64,000 bases of DNA from Ruminococcaceae bacterium UBA3751. Lineage in GTDB: Bacteria > Bacillota > Clostridia > Oscillospirales > Acutalibacteraceae. The position numbers were made by a program, and so were the translations under genes. Position 1 is the stretch's first letter. The number at the start of each line of letters is the position of its first letter. Location: assembly GCA_002371215.1 (NCBI GenBank), contig DFGL01000060.1, positions 1,254 to 65,253 on the forward strand, read 5' to 3'. Positions 10,401 through 17,515 of this stretch are shown piece by piece. Under the pieces are notes generated by a model, which had not been told where the DNA came from, made no database searches, and worked only from the letters and a program-made list of their open reading frames with translations.

Positions 10401-11439
10401 CCTCTTTAATATCAGCAAAAGCAACGTCTTTACCGTCAAGTAAATCAAGACCTACGTCAATAGTCTTACCAAGCTTTTCAAGGCCTGCAAAATCATCAGA
10501 CGCATCGCTTAATGCGGTTAAGTAATCAACAAAGAATTTCTTTGTCTTAGCGTTACCGTTAGTATAGAATTCCTTAAGCTCGTTATAGTATTCAGTCGGG
10601 CCGTTTTCAGAATCTATCCACTTATTACTTGCGATATACTTTGCCTTAACTACATTAACATTAACAGGCTCTGCAGTATATACATAATAAAGGAGAGCTA
10701 ATCTTTTTGCGGTTCTGTCACCGAAATAATAGCTGAAAGTAGTATCTCCGAACGTTACGCTGTCATTTAAGATATGGTTTTTCTGAGTTGTACCAAATGC
10801 GTTTGTAACGTTGTTTGCATTTGCTAAAACAAGAATCTCTGCAAAGAGAAGCTGCTCATCCGAATAATACTTATAGCTGTCCCAGAAAGCCTCAAACATT
10901 AACTTCGCCGTTTCGTTAGTTCCGAAGTTGAGGTTATTAAAGTTGTTGTCGTAAACCATCTTGATAGTTGCAGACGTTAAAACGGAATCGGTTTTGATTG
11001 ATTCGTTAACGTCATGAATATCCTTGATTACTTTAATATACTCATCCGGAATTTTAAGAACAGCGTCAAACTGATTGAGAATTACATCATTCGATGCGGC
11101 AATACCGTCGTACTTAGCCTGCCTCTGAGCCGCTGTCGGAGTTTTGTTTCCGTTTTCGCTTCTGATAATCTGATTCGCTGCAACGTGAACGGCATAAGCG
11201 TAGTATGTAGGATTAACCCTAAGCCTTTCAGACGCACTGAGTGAATTCAGCTTGTTCAGCAATGCGGTGTCGTTTGCCTGAACGGTATTGGCGTTCATAC
11301 CGGCTATTGCTGTTTCTGCCAGAGAATTTGCTTCTGCAATATCAGAATCTGCTGCGAAGGCAAAAAATGACAGTGAGCACGATGTTATAAGCATTACAAA
11401 TGCCAATAACATACTGATTAGTTTCTTTGACTTTGTCAT
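7408..11439 (-). CDS. Large secreted protein (1343 aa): signal peptide, tandem helical repeats, one copy of the module shared with the giant CDS, and a C-terminal Ig-like plus Fn3-like cassette
   Basis: I placed the start at MTKSKK (nt 11439) because AAAGGAGTG lies 7 nt upstream. The signal peptide reads ..SFFAFA/ADSD. The shared module shows ALLAVLRPITGL, VYECCVKLLEVLGV, LLPRLGDL and LAMPDWNALNKY. The C-terminus (KYAYNGKIQKPSVKV...GYYIEYSTSKAFKN...KKYYVRIKSYT) resembles the C-terminus of the GH25 protein at 20116..21927. Confidence 0.85.
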   Translation of the reverse strand: MTKSKKLISMLLAFVMLITSCSLSFFAFAADSDIAEANSLAETAIAGMNANTVQANDTALLNKLNSLSASERLRVNPTYYAYAVHVAANQIIRSENGNKTPTAAQRQAKYDGIAASNDVILNQFDAVLKIPDEYIKVIKDIHDVNESIKTDSVLTSATIKMVYDNNFNNLNFGTNETAKLMFEAFWDSYKYYSDEQLLFAEILVLANANNVTNAFGTTQKNHILNDSVTFGDTTFSYYFGDRTAKRLALLYYVYTAEPVNVNVVKAKYIASNKWIDSENGPTEYYNELKEFYTNGNAKTKKFFVDYLTALSDASDDFAGLEKLGKTIDVGLDLLDGKDVAFADIKEAYNAYNDLTDTGKYIIDLFDKNFTTSPAPLFNPEISNLTAKENIKFGDDDAAASIEYLAANPSTMSNAAGYNGIKLQALINAVADAYAEQLPIEEYTELVNNTIAKQPNITQDDVDAVWDAFNNLKEEHQNIVKNTSELWENTQTIMTSQFVNYVNAVDMNNVTDANRTESTKLLNDTDENFKPLIVPGDDQIYKSEYNKYLQIQIDDFRKYVEGVDLNNITAENRTVAEQKYNALTDEFKAAVQDDADLYNTYLVILASEFKDYVKSIDLDKVDDSVRKEARERYLALSDAAKENAYCDPETWNKYTQIQAPDVDTNKHSEEAAKKADKVTYPNSDSEAIKALGKEKSIDNVENFIIDDLLPTLTDQIVIEDKNDVVNSALKQHLSNETIGKIYGLYATLSHNKSEIAPGMKAGDVVQSVIPVEGFVARLYEDDFAAAKGKIYNVIASGKVPTDKDGNPVQVPCGTNDDGTTNYEDANMYDAIAAIEFKNGDFGFNDGDRDGFEKALLAVLRPITGLCYPDNPFGIEFFNHADKATGEYTFGVYECCVKLLEVLGVKNLPTDAEYKANYLTVFAQTYATAPESSDYEKQIRATSIAGDELLKPVIDGVFSLIDDEFNTLTDILILLPRLGDLVQSDIPSIAYSNLVRDLGMLSGLVTDIEIEGMKLDTLVNKNVLAPALLKLINDKLAGLGINLAMPDWNALNKYTTFKVNKSAQYDKDYVAVRYIGGDDMFTEAVYYLYDNLFANKANADALKEKIGGFPLVGSNLSALIEKGEKAGKMKTYAAILDYFYDNGDNKDATADAGKSIGDAIKSLNNTLNLNKIDASKAKIKLSKRKYAYNGKIQKPSVKVTLNGEVLKKGVAYKVKYSKDNSKKIGAYKVTVVFIGAYEGKNKTAKYTIGPKNARKIKLVSKKGALKIKYKKSKSTSVKGYYIEYSTSKAFKNSKKVKVEGRSTTSKTISGLKSGKKYYVRIKSYTVKSGKKIYSPFSNPKAVKVK
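9469..9958 (-). repeat. Three tandem helical protein repeats of about 50 aa each within the secreted protein
   Basis: The repeats begin FVNYVNAVDMNNVTDANRTES.., FRKYVEGVDLNNITAENRTVAE.. and FKDYVKSIDLDKVDDSVRKEAR... A more degenerate fourth copy (EYTELVNNTIAKQPNITQDDVDAVWDAF) lies just upstream in the protein. Confidence 0.7.
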
Positions 11440-11483
11440 AAAAAACACTCCTTTAACCATAGTGACTGATTTAGTCTCACTTT

Positions 11484-11512
11484 ATAATAACAATATTATT
11501 ATAAAAAGTCAA
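11484..11512 (-). promoter_or_regulatory. Sigma-A-type promoter of the secreted protein gene
   Basis: On the minus strand, TTGACT is followed by 17 nt and then TATTAT, about 45 nt upstream of the start codon. Confidence 0.5.
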
Positions 11513-11626
11513 TACATTTTGTGAACTTTCTGTGAATATTTTTGTAACATTTTTTTAACAACCGCAATTTAATGGTATAAAACTATTTTCTTTTAAATAA
11601 AACTAGCATACAGTTACACATTTCAT

Positions 11627-11661
11627 AATTCCGCTTTCCAAATTCCGAATTCCGAATTAAA
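11627..11661. repeat. Mosaic intergenic repeat, locus B (heptamer array)
   Basis: AATTCCG CTTTCCA AATTCCG AATTCCG AATTAAA abuts the P-type ATPase terminator. Confidence 0.75.
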
Positions 11662-11683
11662 AAGGACGAGCATTGCCCGTCCT
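11658..11683 (-). terminator. Rho-independent terminator of the P-type ATPase gene
   Basis: On the minus strand, AGGACGGGC-AAT-GCTCGTCCT is followed by TTTTTAA. Confidence 0.75.
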
Positions 11684-11696
11684 GCAAAATACTGAT

Positions 11697-13577
11697 TTAA
11701 TTTTTAGTTTTTAGCGCCCGAATTGCATTGAGCACGGCGAGCACCATAACGCCGACGTCAGCAAAGATAGCAAGCCACATATTGGCTATACCGACAGCGC
11801 CGAGAATCAGGCATAAAAGCTTGATTCCGATAGCAAAATATATATTTTCATAAACTATTTTAAGGCACTTTTTTGAAAGGCTGATTGCATATGGTATTTT
11901 GAGCGGATTATCGTCCATAAGAACAATATCAGCCGCCTCAATTGCCGCGTCCGAGCCGAGAGCGCCCATTGCTATACCTATATCCGCCCTTGCAAGCACG
12001 GGGGCGTCGTTAATACCGTCGCCCGTGAAAGCGAGCATATCCCCCTTGTCCTTTTGAGCAAGAAGCTTTTCAACAATTTTGACCTTATCCTCGGGAAGAA
12101 GCTCGCTGTAGACCTCGTCAAGCGAAAGCTCCTCAGCGGCTTTATTCGCCGCCGTAGCGGAATCGCCCGTCAGCATTACTGTTCTTTTAATCCCAACATT
12201 TTTCAGCTTTTCAATAGCCTCGAACGATGTTTCCTTAACAATATCAGAGATGAGAATATAGCCCTTATATTCTCCGTCCTGTGCAACATAAACAACCGTA
12301 CCGACCTCTGTTGCAGGCGTAAAATCCACTCCCTCGGCAGCCATCAGCTTTGCGTTTCCGACAGCGGTCTGAACGCCGTCAACCCTAGCAACCACGCCGT
12401 TTCCGCTGATTTCCTTAACGTCCTTAACGGAGCTTTTATCAATGCTTTCGCCATAAGCATTTTTTATGCTCAGGCTAATCGGGTGGGAGGAATAGGCTTC
12501 TGCCGCTGCGGCTATGCGGAGCAGTTCATTTTCCGTCGTGTTTTCAGGCTCAATTTTAACAACCTCAAAAACGCCCTTTGTAAGAGTACCCGTTTTGTCA
12601 AAAACGAGGTATTTTACTTTTGCAAGCAGTTCAAGATAACTCGCACCTTTAACGAGAACGCCCATTCTGCTCGCCCCGCCTATTCCGGCAAAAAATGTCA
12701 GCGGAATTGAGATAACGAGCGCGCACGGACAGCTTATTACAAGAAAAGTAAGCGCTCTGTAAATCCACTCCTGCCACATCGGAGCTTTTCCCGAAATCAA
12801 AAGAATAACGGGCGGCAGCACCGCAAGTAAAAGCGCTGAAACGCAAACGGCAGGCGTATAGTACCTTGCAAATTTTGAAATAAATTTTTCGGTTTTTGCC
12901 TTTTTAAGCGCAGAGTTTTCAACAAGGTCAAGAATTTTTGAAACCGTTGATTCGCCAAAGGGCTTCGTGGTTTTAATTTTAAGCACGCCGTTTGTGTTTA
13001 TACAGCCGCTTATTACCTCGTCGCCGACGGCAACCTCTCTCGGTACGCTTTCGCCCGTAAGAGCGCTTGTGTCAAGGCTCGCATCGCCTTCAATAACTAC
13101 TCCGTCAATCGGAATTTTCTCCCCTGCCGAAACGAGAACGACGCTTCCCGTTTCAACCTCGTCGGGAAAGACTTCTTCAACCCCGTTTTCGGTTACAAGA
13201 TTAGCCGTATCGGGGCGAATATCCATTAAGTCCGCAATATTCCGCCTGCTTTTTCCGACGGCAACGCTCTGAAACAGCTCTCCGACCTGATAAAAAAGCA
13301 TAACGGCAACGGCTTCCGTGTAGCTTCCGTTTTCGTAAATACCTATTGCGATTGCGCCGACGGTTGCTATTGCCATAAGAAAATTTTCATCAAACATACT
13401 CAGGTTGAGTATGCCCTTAACCGCCTTTTTCAAAACGTCGTAGCCGATAATGATATACGGAACCAAAAAAGCGGCAAGCCTGATATAGCGGTTTTCAATT
13501 TTCAAAAGCGAAAAAAGCACCAGCAGCACCGCTGATACTATTATTCTTATTAAAACCTTTTTCTGCTTTTTATTCAT
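11697..13577 (-). CDS. cadA: Heavy-metal (Cd/Zn/Co-type) translocating P1B-type ATPase lacking an N-terminal metal-binding domain
   Basis: The protein carries a CPC motif (VISCPCALVISIP), a DKTGT phosphorylation motif (FDKTGTLT), the hinge GDGINDAP and TGES (LTGESVP). Confidence 0.9.
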   Translation of the reverse strand: MNKKQKKVLIRIIVSAVLLVLFSLLKIENRYIRLAAFLVPYIIIGYDVLKKAVKGILNLSMFDENFLMAIATVGAIAIGIYENGSYTEAVAVMLFYQVGELFQSVAVGKSRRNIADLMDIRPDTANLVTENGVEEVFPDEVETGSVVLVSAGEKIPIDGVVIEGDASLDTSALTGESVPREVAVGDEVISGCINTNGVLKIKTTKPFGESTVSKILDLVENSALKKAKTEKFISKFARYYTPAVCVSALLLAVLPPVILLISGKAPMWQEWIYRALTFLVISCPCALVISIPLTFFAGIGGASRMGVLVKGASYLELLAKVKYLVFDKTGTLTKGVFEVVKIEPENTTENELLRIAAAAEAYSSHPISLSIKNAYGESIDKSSVKDVKEISGNGVVARVDGVQTAVGNAKLMAAEGVDFTPATEVGTVVYVAQDGEYKGYILISDIVKETSFEAIEKLKNVGIKRTVMLTGDSATAANKAAEELSLDEVYSELLPEDKVKIVEKLLAQKDKGDMLAFTGDGINDAPVLARADIGIAMGALGSDAAIEAADIVLMDDNPLKIPYAISLSKKCLKIVYENIYFAIGIKLLCLILGAVGIANMWLAIFADVGVMVLAVLNAIRALKTKN

Positions 13578-13579
13578 AA

Positions 13580-13798
13580 TCAGATGTATACCTCGGCGTC
13601 ATCGTCAACCTTGCGGCATACCTTTCGAACCTGCTTCATTACTTTAACTTCGTTTGCGCCCTCTTCGAATTCAACAATCATCTTAAGCGCCATAAAGTTA
13701 ACGGCAGCGGAAATTACGCCTTCTACCTTATTAGCGGCAATTTCCATTTTATTAGCACAGTTTGCGCAGTCAACGTCAATTTTATATGTTTTTTTCAT
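13580..13798 (-). CDS. Heavy-metal-associated (HMA) domain protein or metallochaperone
   Basis: The sequence MKKTYKIDVDCANCANKMEIAANKVEGV contains a CxxC motif in the ferredoxin-like HMA context. I placed the start at MKK (GAGG 6 nt upstream). The stop lies 2 nt before the ATPase start codon. Confidence 0.8.
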   Translation of the reverse strand: MKKTYKIDVDCANCANKMEIAANKVEGVISAAVNFMALKMIVEFEEGANEVKVMKQVRKVCRKVDDDAEVYI

Positions 13799-13822
13799 AA
13801 CAAACCTCACATTCGTTATTAT

Positions 13823-13846
13823 ACATATGAATAAATGTTCATCTGT
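13823..13846. promoter_or_regulatory. Imperfect 12-12 inverted repeat, a candidate ArsR/SmtB-type (CadC/CzrA-like) operator
   Basis: In ACATATGAATAA|ATGTTCATCTGT, 9 of 12 positions pair. The repeat lies between the -10 box and the SD of the HMA-ATPase operon. Confidence 0.4.
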
Positions 13847-13854
13847 TTGATTGT

Positions 13855-13882
13855 ATTATACCATATTGTATGAAAAAGTCAA
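13855..13882 (-). promoter_or_regulatory. Sigma-A-type promoter of the HMA-ATPase operon
   Basis: On the minus strand, TTGACT is followed by 16 nt and then TATAAT, with a TG at the extended -10 position. Confidence 0.55.
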
Positions 13883-13910
13883 GAAAAAGTTAAATAAATT
13901 AATAATTATG

Positions 13911-14065
13911 AAATATTCGCTGCAATAAGACTTCCATTGAAACGACGGCTAAAACGGGACGTCGGGGACGCCGTCCCCTACAAAATTCGTTATTGCAACG
14001 GATTTCTTAACTCATAATTCTTAGTTTTCGGGCGGGCGCAGAGACCCGCCCCTGCAACAATTCCG
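13911..14065. repeat. Mosaic intergenic repeat, locus C
   Basis: The box ATTCGCTGCAAT lies at 13915-13926. The GC palindrome GGGGACGCCGTCCCC lies at 13964-13978. The box variant ATTCGTTATTGCAAC lies at 13985-13999. Inverted heptamers CTTAACT CATAATT CTTAG lie at 14006-14024. A GGGCGGG..CCCGCCC hairpin lies at 14030-14051. AATTCCG lies at 14059-14065. Confidence 0.7.
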
Positions 14066-14066
14066 A

Positions 14067-14096
14067 ATAAAAAACGGACGGGCAATGCCCGTCCGT
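14067..14096 (-). terminator. Rho-independent terminator of the ttcA-like gene
   Basis: On the minus strand, ACGGACGGGC-ATT-GCCCGTCCGT is followed by TTTTTATT. Confidence 0.85.
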
Positions 14097-14101
14097 ACAG
14101 T

Positions 14102-14938
14102 TTAGTATTTTTCAAGAAAAGAGTGGGTTTCGCCCTCCGTTTTATAGCCCGGCATCGTATCAAGGCATACGGAATGGATGCTCTTAAAGATATGGTGCTC
14201 AACCTCGGGATTTGTTTTTCTGAGTTTCTCAATAAGCGCCTTAACCTCGCGCCGTTTTGACTCGCCTATGCCGTCCTCAGAGTTTGAATACTCGTTTACA
14301 AAGCGGCAGGCGCACTGAATAAATTCAAGCTCGTTATACCGCACCCATGCCAAAATATCGCGCTCGTTAATGCAGTACATCGGGCGGATAAGCTCCATTC
14401 CCTCAAAATTAGTTGAGTGCAGTTTAGGCAGCATAGCCTGAAGCTGAGAGCCGTAAAGCATACCGAGGAGCGTTGTTTCAATAACGTCCGAAAAATGATG
14501 ACCGAGCGCAATTTTATTACAGCCGAGTTCCTTCGCCTTGGCGTAAAGATGCCCCCTTCTCATCCTCGCGCAGAGATAACAGGGCTTGCCCTCAACGCTG
14601 TTTGTAACGGCAAAAATATCGCTTTCAAAAATAGTCAGCGGTATATTAAGAAGCGCGGCGTTATCCTCAATTCTTTTACGGTTTTGGGCGTTATAGCCGG
14701 GGTCCATACAAAGAAAAACAAGCTCAAAATCCGTTTCGCTGACGCGCTTTAACTGCTGCATCAGCTTGGCGAGGAGCATACTGTCCTTACCGCCCGAAAT
14801 GCAGACGGCTATTTTATCCCCTTCATTTACAAGTTCATAGTTTTTTACGCCCTCAATGAAGCGGTTCCATATTTCTTTTCTGTATTTTTTTGTAATTGAA
14901 CGCTCAACGAGCTGGTATTTTTCAAGAGTTCTCGCCAT
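14102..14938 (-). CDS. ttcA: PP-loop ATPase of the TtcA family (tRNA 2-thiocytidine synthetase-like)
   Basis: The protein has an SGGKDS PP-loop (VCISGGKDSM) plus the Cys motifs CYLCARMRRG and CAC that are typical of TtcA-family enzymes. Confidence 0.75.
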   Translation of the reverse strand: MARTLEKYQLVERSITKKYRKEIWNRFIEGVKNYELVNEGDKIAVCISGGKDSMLLAKLMQQLKRVSETDFELVFLCMDPGYNAQNRKRIEDNAALLNIPLTIFESDIFAVTNSVEGKPCYLCARMRRGHLYAKAKELGCNKIALGHHFSDVIETTLLGMLYGSQLQAMLPKLHSTNFEGMELIRPMYCINERDILAWVRYNELEFIQCACRFVNEYSNSEDGIGESKRREVKALIEKLRKTNPEVEHHIFKSIHSVCLDTMPGYKTEGETHSFLEKY

Positions 14939-14949
14939 AGCCCGCTCCG

Positions 14950-15522
14950 TTAGCCGTTAAAATGGTTGAAAGCGGCTTCAAGGCTGATTTTACTCTGGTT
15001 TTCAAGCGCTTTCTTTCCGTAATAAACCTTACCTTTTTTAAGGGTGAAATTGAATTCCTCGTTTTCAGTCATCGGGTCGGGCACCTGAATAATAATCTCG
15101 CCCTCAACCTCGTTAACCTCGTATTTTTCGTTGGAGGTAAAGAACTTTGTATCAAGCCCATCTGTATTTTCGCTGTCAAAATACGCAATTTTCACCTTGC
15201 TTTTATCAAACTTAAAGGCGTAGGCGGTATTATCGTCCTCATTATAAAGGTACCAAGCGCCCTTTTGAATCGCGCTGTAATCGGGCTTTTCTTCTTTTTC
15301 GGTTGTTGATTCAGCGGTTGTGCTCTCCTCAGTCTCGCTTACGGAAGGTATTTCCGAAGTCGTTTCGCTCGGGGCGGTTGTTGTTGTAACAGCCGTAGTT
15401 TCCGAGGTTGAAGGAGCACTTTCGCCCGTCTGAGTAACCTCACCGTTCTGCGCCTTGCATCCCGCAAATATAAATACGCATACAAGCAGTGCCGACAGTA
15501 TTGTTAAAAACGTTTTTCTCAT
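14950..15522 (-). CDS. Lipoprotein of unknown function
   Basis: The sequence MRKTFLTILSALLVCVFIFAGC contains a lipobox and is followed by a Thr/Ser/Glu-rich linker. I placed the start at MRK (GAGGTGA 5 nt upstream). Confidence 0.75.
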   Translation of the reverse strand: MRKTFLTILSALLVCVFIFAGCKAQNGEVTQTGESAPSTSETTAVTTTTAPSETTSEIPSVSETEESTTAESTTEKEEKPDYSAIQKGAWYLYNEDDNTAYAFKFDKSKVKIAYFDSENTDGLDTKFFTSNEKYEVNEVEGEIIIQVPDPMTENEEFNFTLKKGKVYYGKKALENQSKISLEAAFNHFNG

Positions 15523-15540
15523 AATTATCACCTCGCGCTT

Positions 15541-15569
15541 ATTTTATCACATAGGTTTGACAATATCAA
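15541..15569 (-). promoter_or_regulatory. Sigma-A-type promoter of the lipoprotein gene
   Basis: On the minus strand, TTGATA is followed by 17 nt and then TAAAAT, with an extended -10 TG. It sits back to back with, and overlaps, the plus-strand promoter. Confidence 0.5.
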
Positions 15570-15585
15570 TACATCACATTATAAT
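15557..15585 (+). promoter_or_regulatory. Perfect consensus sigma-A promoter positioned for a leaderless transcript
   Basis: TTGACA (15557-15562) is followed by exactly 17 nt and then TATAAT (15580-15585). The A of the ATG at 15592 is the 7th nt after the -10 box, and there is no room for an SD. Confidence 0.6.
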
Positions 15586-15591
15586 AAATAT

Positions 15592-15928
15592 ATGAAAATT
15601 CTACTTATTGCCGACGTTCATCATCGTTCCGGATATAAGGGATATAACGCATAAAAAATCGTTTAATGAAGGCGTAAGGTATACGGGAAAAATAAAGGAA
15701 GCCCCCTGCCCTCCCGATATAAACACCGGCGAACTCAGAGAGCTTTCGCCCTTTCTTAAAGCTGCGGTTTTCGGGCACGACCACAAAAACAGCTTTGAAA
15801 CGGAGCTTATGGGAGTAAAGCTGATTCAGTGCGCGGGAGCGGGGCTTGAATGTTACGAATATCCTCAACGCCCGAGCATAAAACTTCTGGATACAAAAAC
15901 GCTTAAAACCGAATACATAAAAATATAG
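15592..15928 (+). pseudogene. Decayed metallophosphoesterase remnant (N-terminal and C-terminal fragments in different frames, interior deleted)
   Basis: The ATG at 15592 encodes MKILLIADVHH (the DxH motif of calcineurin-like phosphoesterases), then a stop after 20 codons. The +1 frame continues as ...AVFGHDHKNSFETELMGVKLIQ... (GHDH motif) to 15928. The total span is about 340 nt, against roughly 700-900 nt for an intact gene. Confidence 0.6.
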
Positions 15929-15958
15929 TGGGTGAAAAATCACCCACTGTTTTTATTT
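15927..15958. terminator. Bidirectional rho-independent terminator between convergent genes
   Basis: AGTGGGTGA-AAAA-TCACCCACT is followed by GTTTTTATTT on the plus strand and by an AT/T-rich run on the minus strand. Confidence 0.8.
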
Positions 15959-16012
15959 GCTCCGAGTGTTTATACCGCAAAGTTTCTCACCTGCGGCGAA
16001 CAGGTCAGGCTT

Positions 16013-17515
16013 TTATTCTGTTTCCGCCATAATCCCATAGTGGTCGGACACATAGCCCTCGGTCAGATTATTGAGCACCTCGTAGCTCTTACCTTTTTTG
16101 CTTGTAAAGATAAAGTCAATAGGCTTATCCCCGGTATCTGTATAGCCCCAGTCCTGCCAGGTTGCGCATTCGCCTTTGGTAGTATCGTTAAGCACAGAGG
16201 TTATTATTTTATACGCGTCACTGTCAGAGGTTGAATTAAAATCTCCCGTCAGGATAATGTCTATATCCTTATACTGCGCTTTTATTTCAGCTGTTTTTTC
16301 AACTATGAGCTTTGCGCCGAAGCTGACAGCCTCCTCGCTTGAATTATCAAGATGAGTATTCAAAAAAGCAATAAGCCTTCCGCTATTCCTGTTTTTAAGA
16401 ATCGCGTATGAGCAGATACGGTTACAGCCCGCCTCTTTCTTCTCGCCGTTTTCATCCGTATAGGTGAAGCGGCTTTCCCTGTCGGGAGTCTGAGAAAGCC
16501 AGAAGGTGTCTGTATCAACTGCTTCATAAATATCCTTCACCCAGAAAATGCCATTCATTTCGCTCGTGTTTTCATCGCCGTCGCCTCCGCGTTTAACAGC
16601 GTAGCTTTCATACTCGGGCATATTCTTATTTATGTAGTCGAGCCACTCTGAATTAAGCTCCTGGGTACCTATAAGAGCAGGGTCTTCATAACGCATATAG
16701 TTTACAAAGCGCTCTTTTCTGTCCTTACCCGCCGTATCGTCAAACGGAGTTCCCCACGGCGCCGCAAGATTAAAGCTTACAACGCGGTTTTCAGCGTAAT
16801 ACCCGCCGTCATCGAAAAGCGGTTCGCGCACGTCCTTCGGCATCATTACGCATCCTGCGGCAATAACTGCGCACAGCAAAACGGACATAATTACGCCGCC
16901 TTTAAGGCTGCGTTTTTTCTTTTTATCGGTTAATAAGTGAAGCACTGATTCCAGCGCATAAATAGCCATTGTAACGTAAAAGCCGATTCTTATCTCTCCG
17001 CCGTTTGCGCAAACGAGAACGGAAAGCGCGCCGAAAACGGCAGTATTAATCAGGCTGAAAACAAGATTTCTCAGCCCGCCGTTTTCTGTTGCGGAAAACA
17101 GCGAATTAATTATAACGGCAAGTGAAAGAAGTATAACGCATACCATAGCAAGCACGGCAAAAAGGTAATCGCTGCTCCATACGCCTATACCAAGACCGTG
17201 ATTTACTATGCTGAGAATAAACGCTATAAGCGATACCTTTTTATGCCCCGCATAGTACATTGGAAGACACATAGAAAGCAGCGGGGTAAAAAACAAAACG
17301 AGCCTTACAATATGAAGCGGTGTTTTAACGGCTGAATTTTTAAGCAGCGCCTTAAAGTTTTCTACCTTTTCAACCTCTGCGGCAGCCTTTTTTGCGTCCT
17401 GCTCAAGCATTTCATCGTGTTTATAATACATAAGGTTTACGCCGCACTCCGGACAGTTTTGTTTTAAATAAAACGCGCTTAATTTTTTACCGCACTTTGG
17501 GCATTTACTGCTCAC
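16013..17515 (-). CDS. Membrane protein with an N-terminal zinc ribbon, about 6 TM helices and a C-terminal endonuclease/exonuclease/phosphatase (EEP) domain
   Basis: The N-terminus CPKCGKK...CPECG is a zinc ribbon, followed by hydrophobic segments. The C-terminal part has EEP-like motifs (GTQELN, NTHLD, LTGDFNS, SDHYG). The GTG start has GGGAGGTGA 5 nt upstream and overlaps the transporter stop by 11 nt. Confidence 0.7.
   Translation of the reverse strand: MSSKCPKCGKKLSAFYLKQNCPECGVNLMYYKHDEMLEQDAKKAAAEVEKVENFKALLKNSAVKTPLHIVRLVLFFTPLLSMCLPMYYAGHKKVSLIAFILSIVNHGLGIGVWSSDYLFAVLAMVCVILLSLAVIINSLFSATENGGLRNLVFSLINTAVFGALSVLVCANGGEIRIGFYVTMAIYALESVLHLLTDKKKKRSLKGGVIMSVLLCAVIAAGCVMMPKDVREPLFDDGGYYAENRVVSFNLAAPWGTPFDDTAGKDRKERFVNYMRYEDPALIGTQELNSEWLDYINKNMPEYESYAVKRGGDGDENTSEMNGIFWVKDIYEAVDTDTFWLSQTPDRESRFTYTDENGEKKEAGCNRICSYAILKNRNSGRLIAFLNTHLDNSSEEAVSFGAKLIVEKTAEIKAQYKDIDIILTGDFNSTSDSDAYKIITSVLNDTTKGECATWQDWGYTDTGDKPIDFIFTSKKGKSYEVLNNLTEGYVSDHYGIMAETE

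Noticed and set aside
12054-12710. A 218-aa plus-strand ORF inside the P-type ATPase gene.
   Set aside because: It is antisense to a gene with all the P1B-ATPase motifs. It has no SD and no recognisable motif.
13990-14232. An 80-aa minus-strand ORF spanning the ttcA 3' end and the repeat locus.
   Set aside because: It overlaps the ttcA coding region in another frame and runs through the terminator hairpin and the repeat elements. It has no SD.
15605-15943. A 112-aa minus-strand ORF over the phosphoesterase remnant.
   Set aside because: It has no SD and reads through the bidirectional terminator. The plus strand carries the recognisable DxH and GHDH motifs and a perfect promoter.
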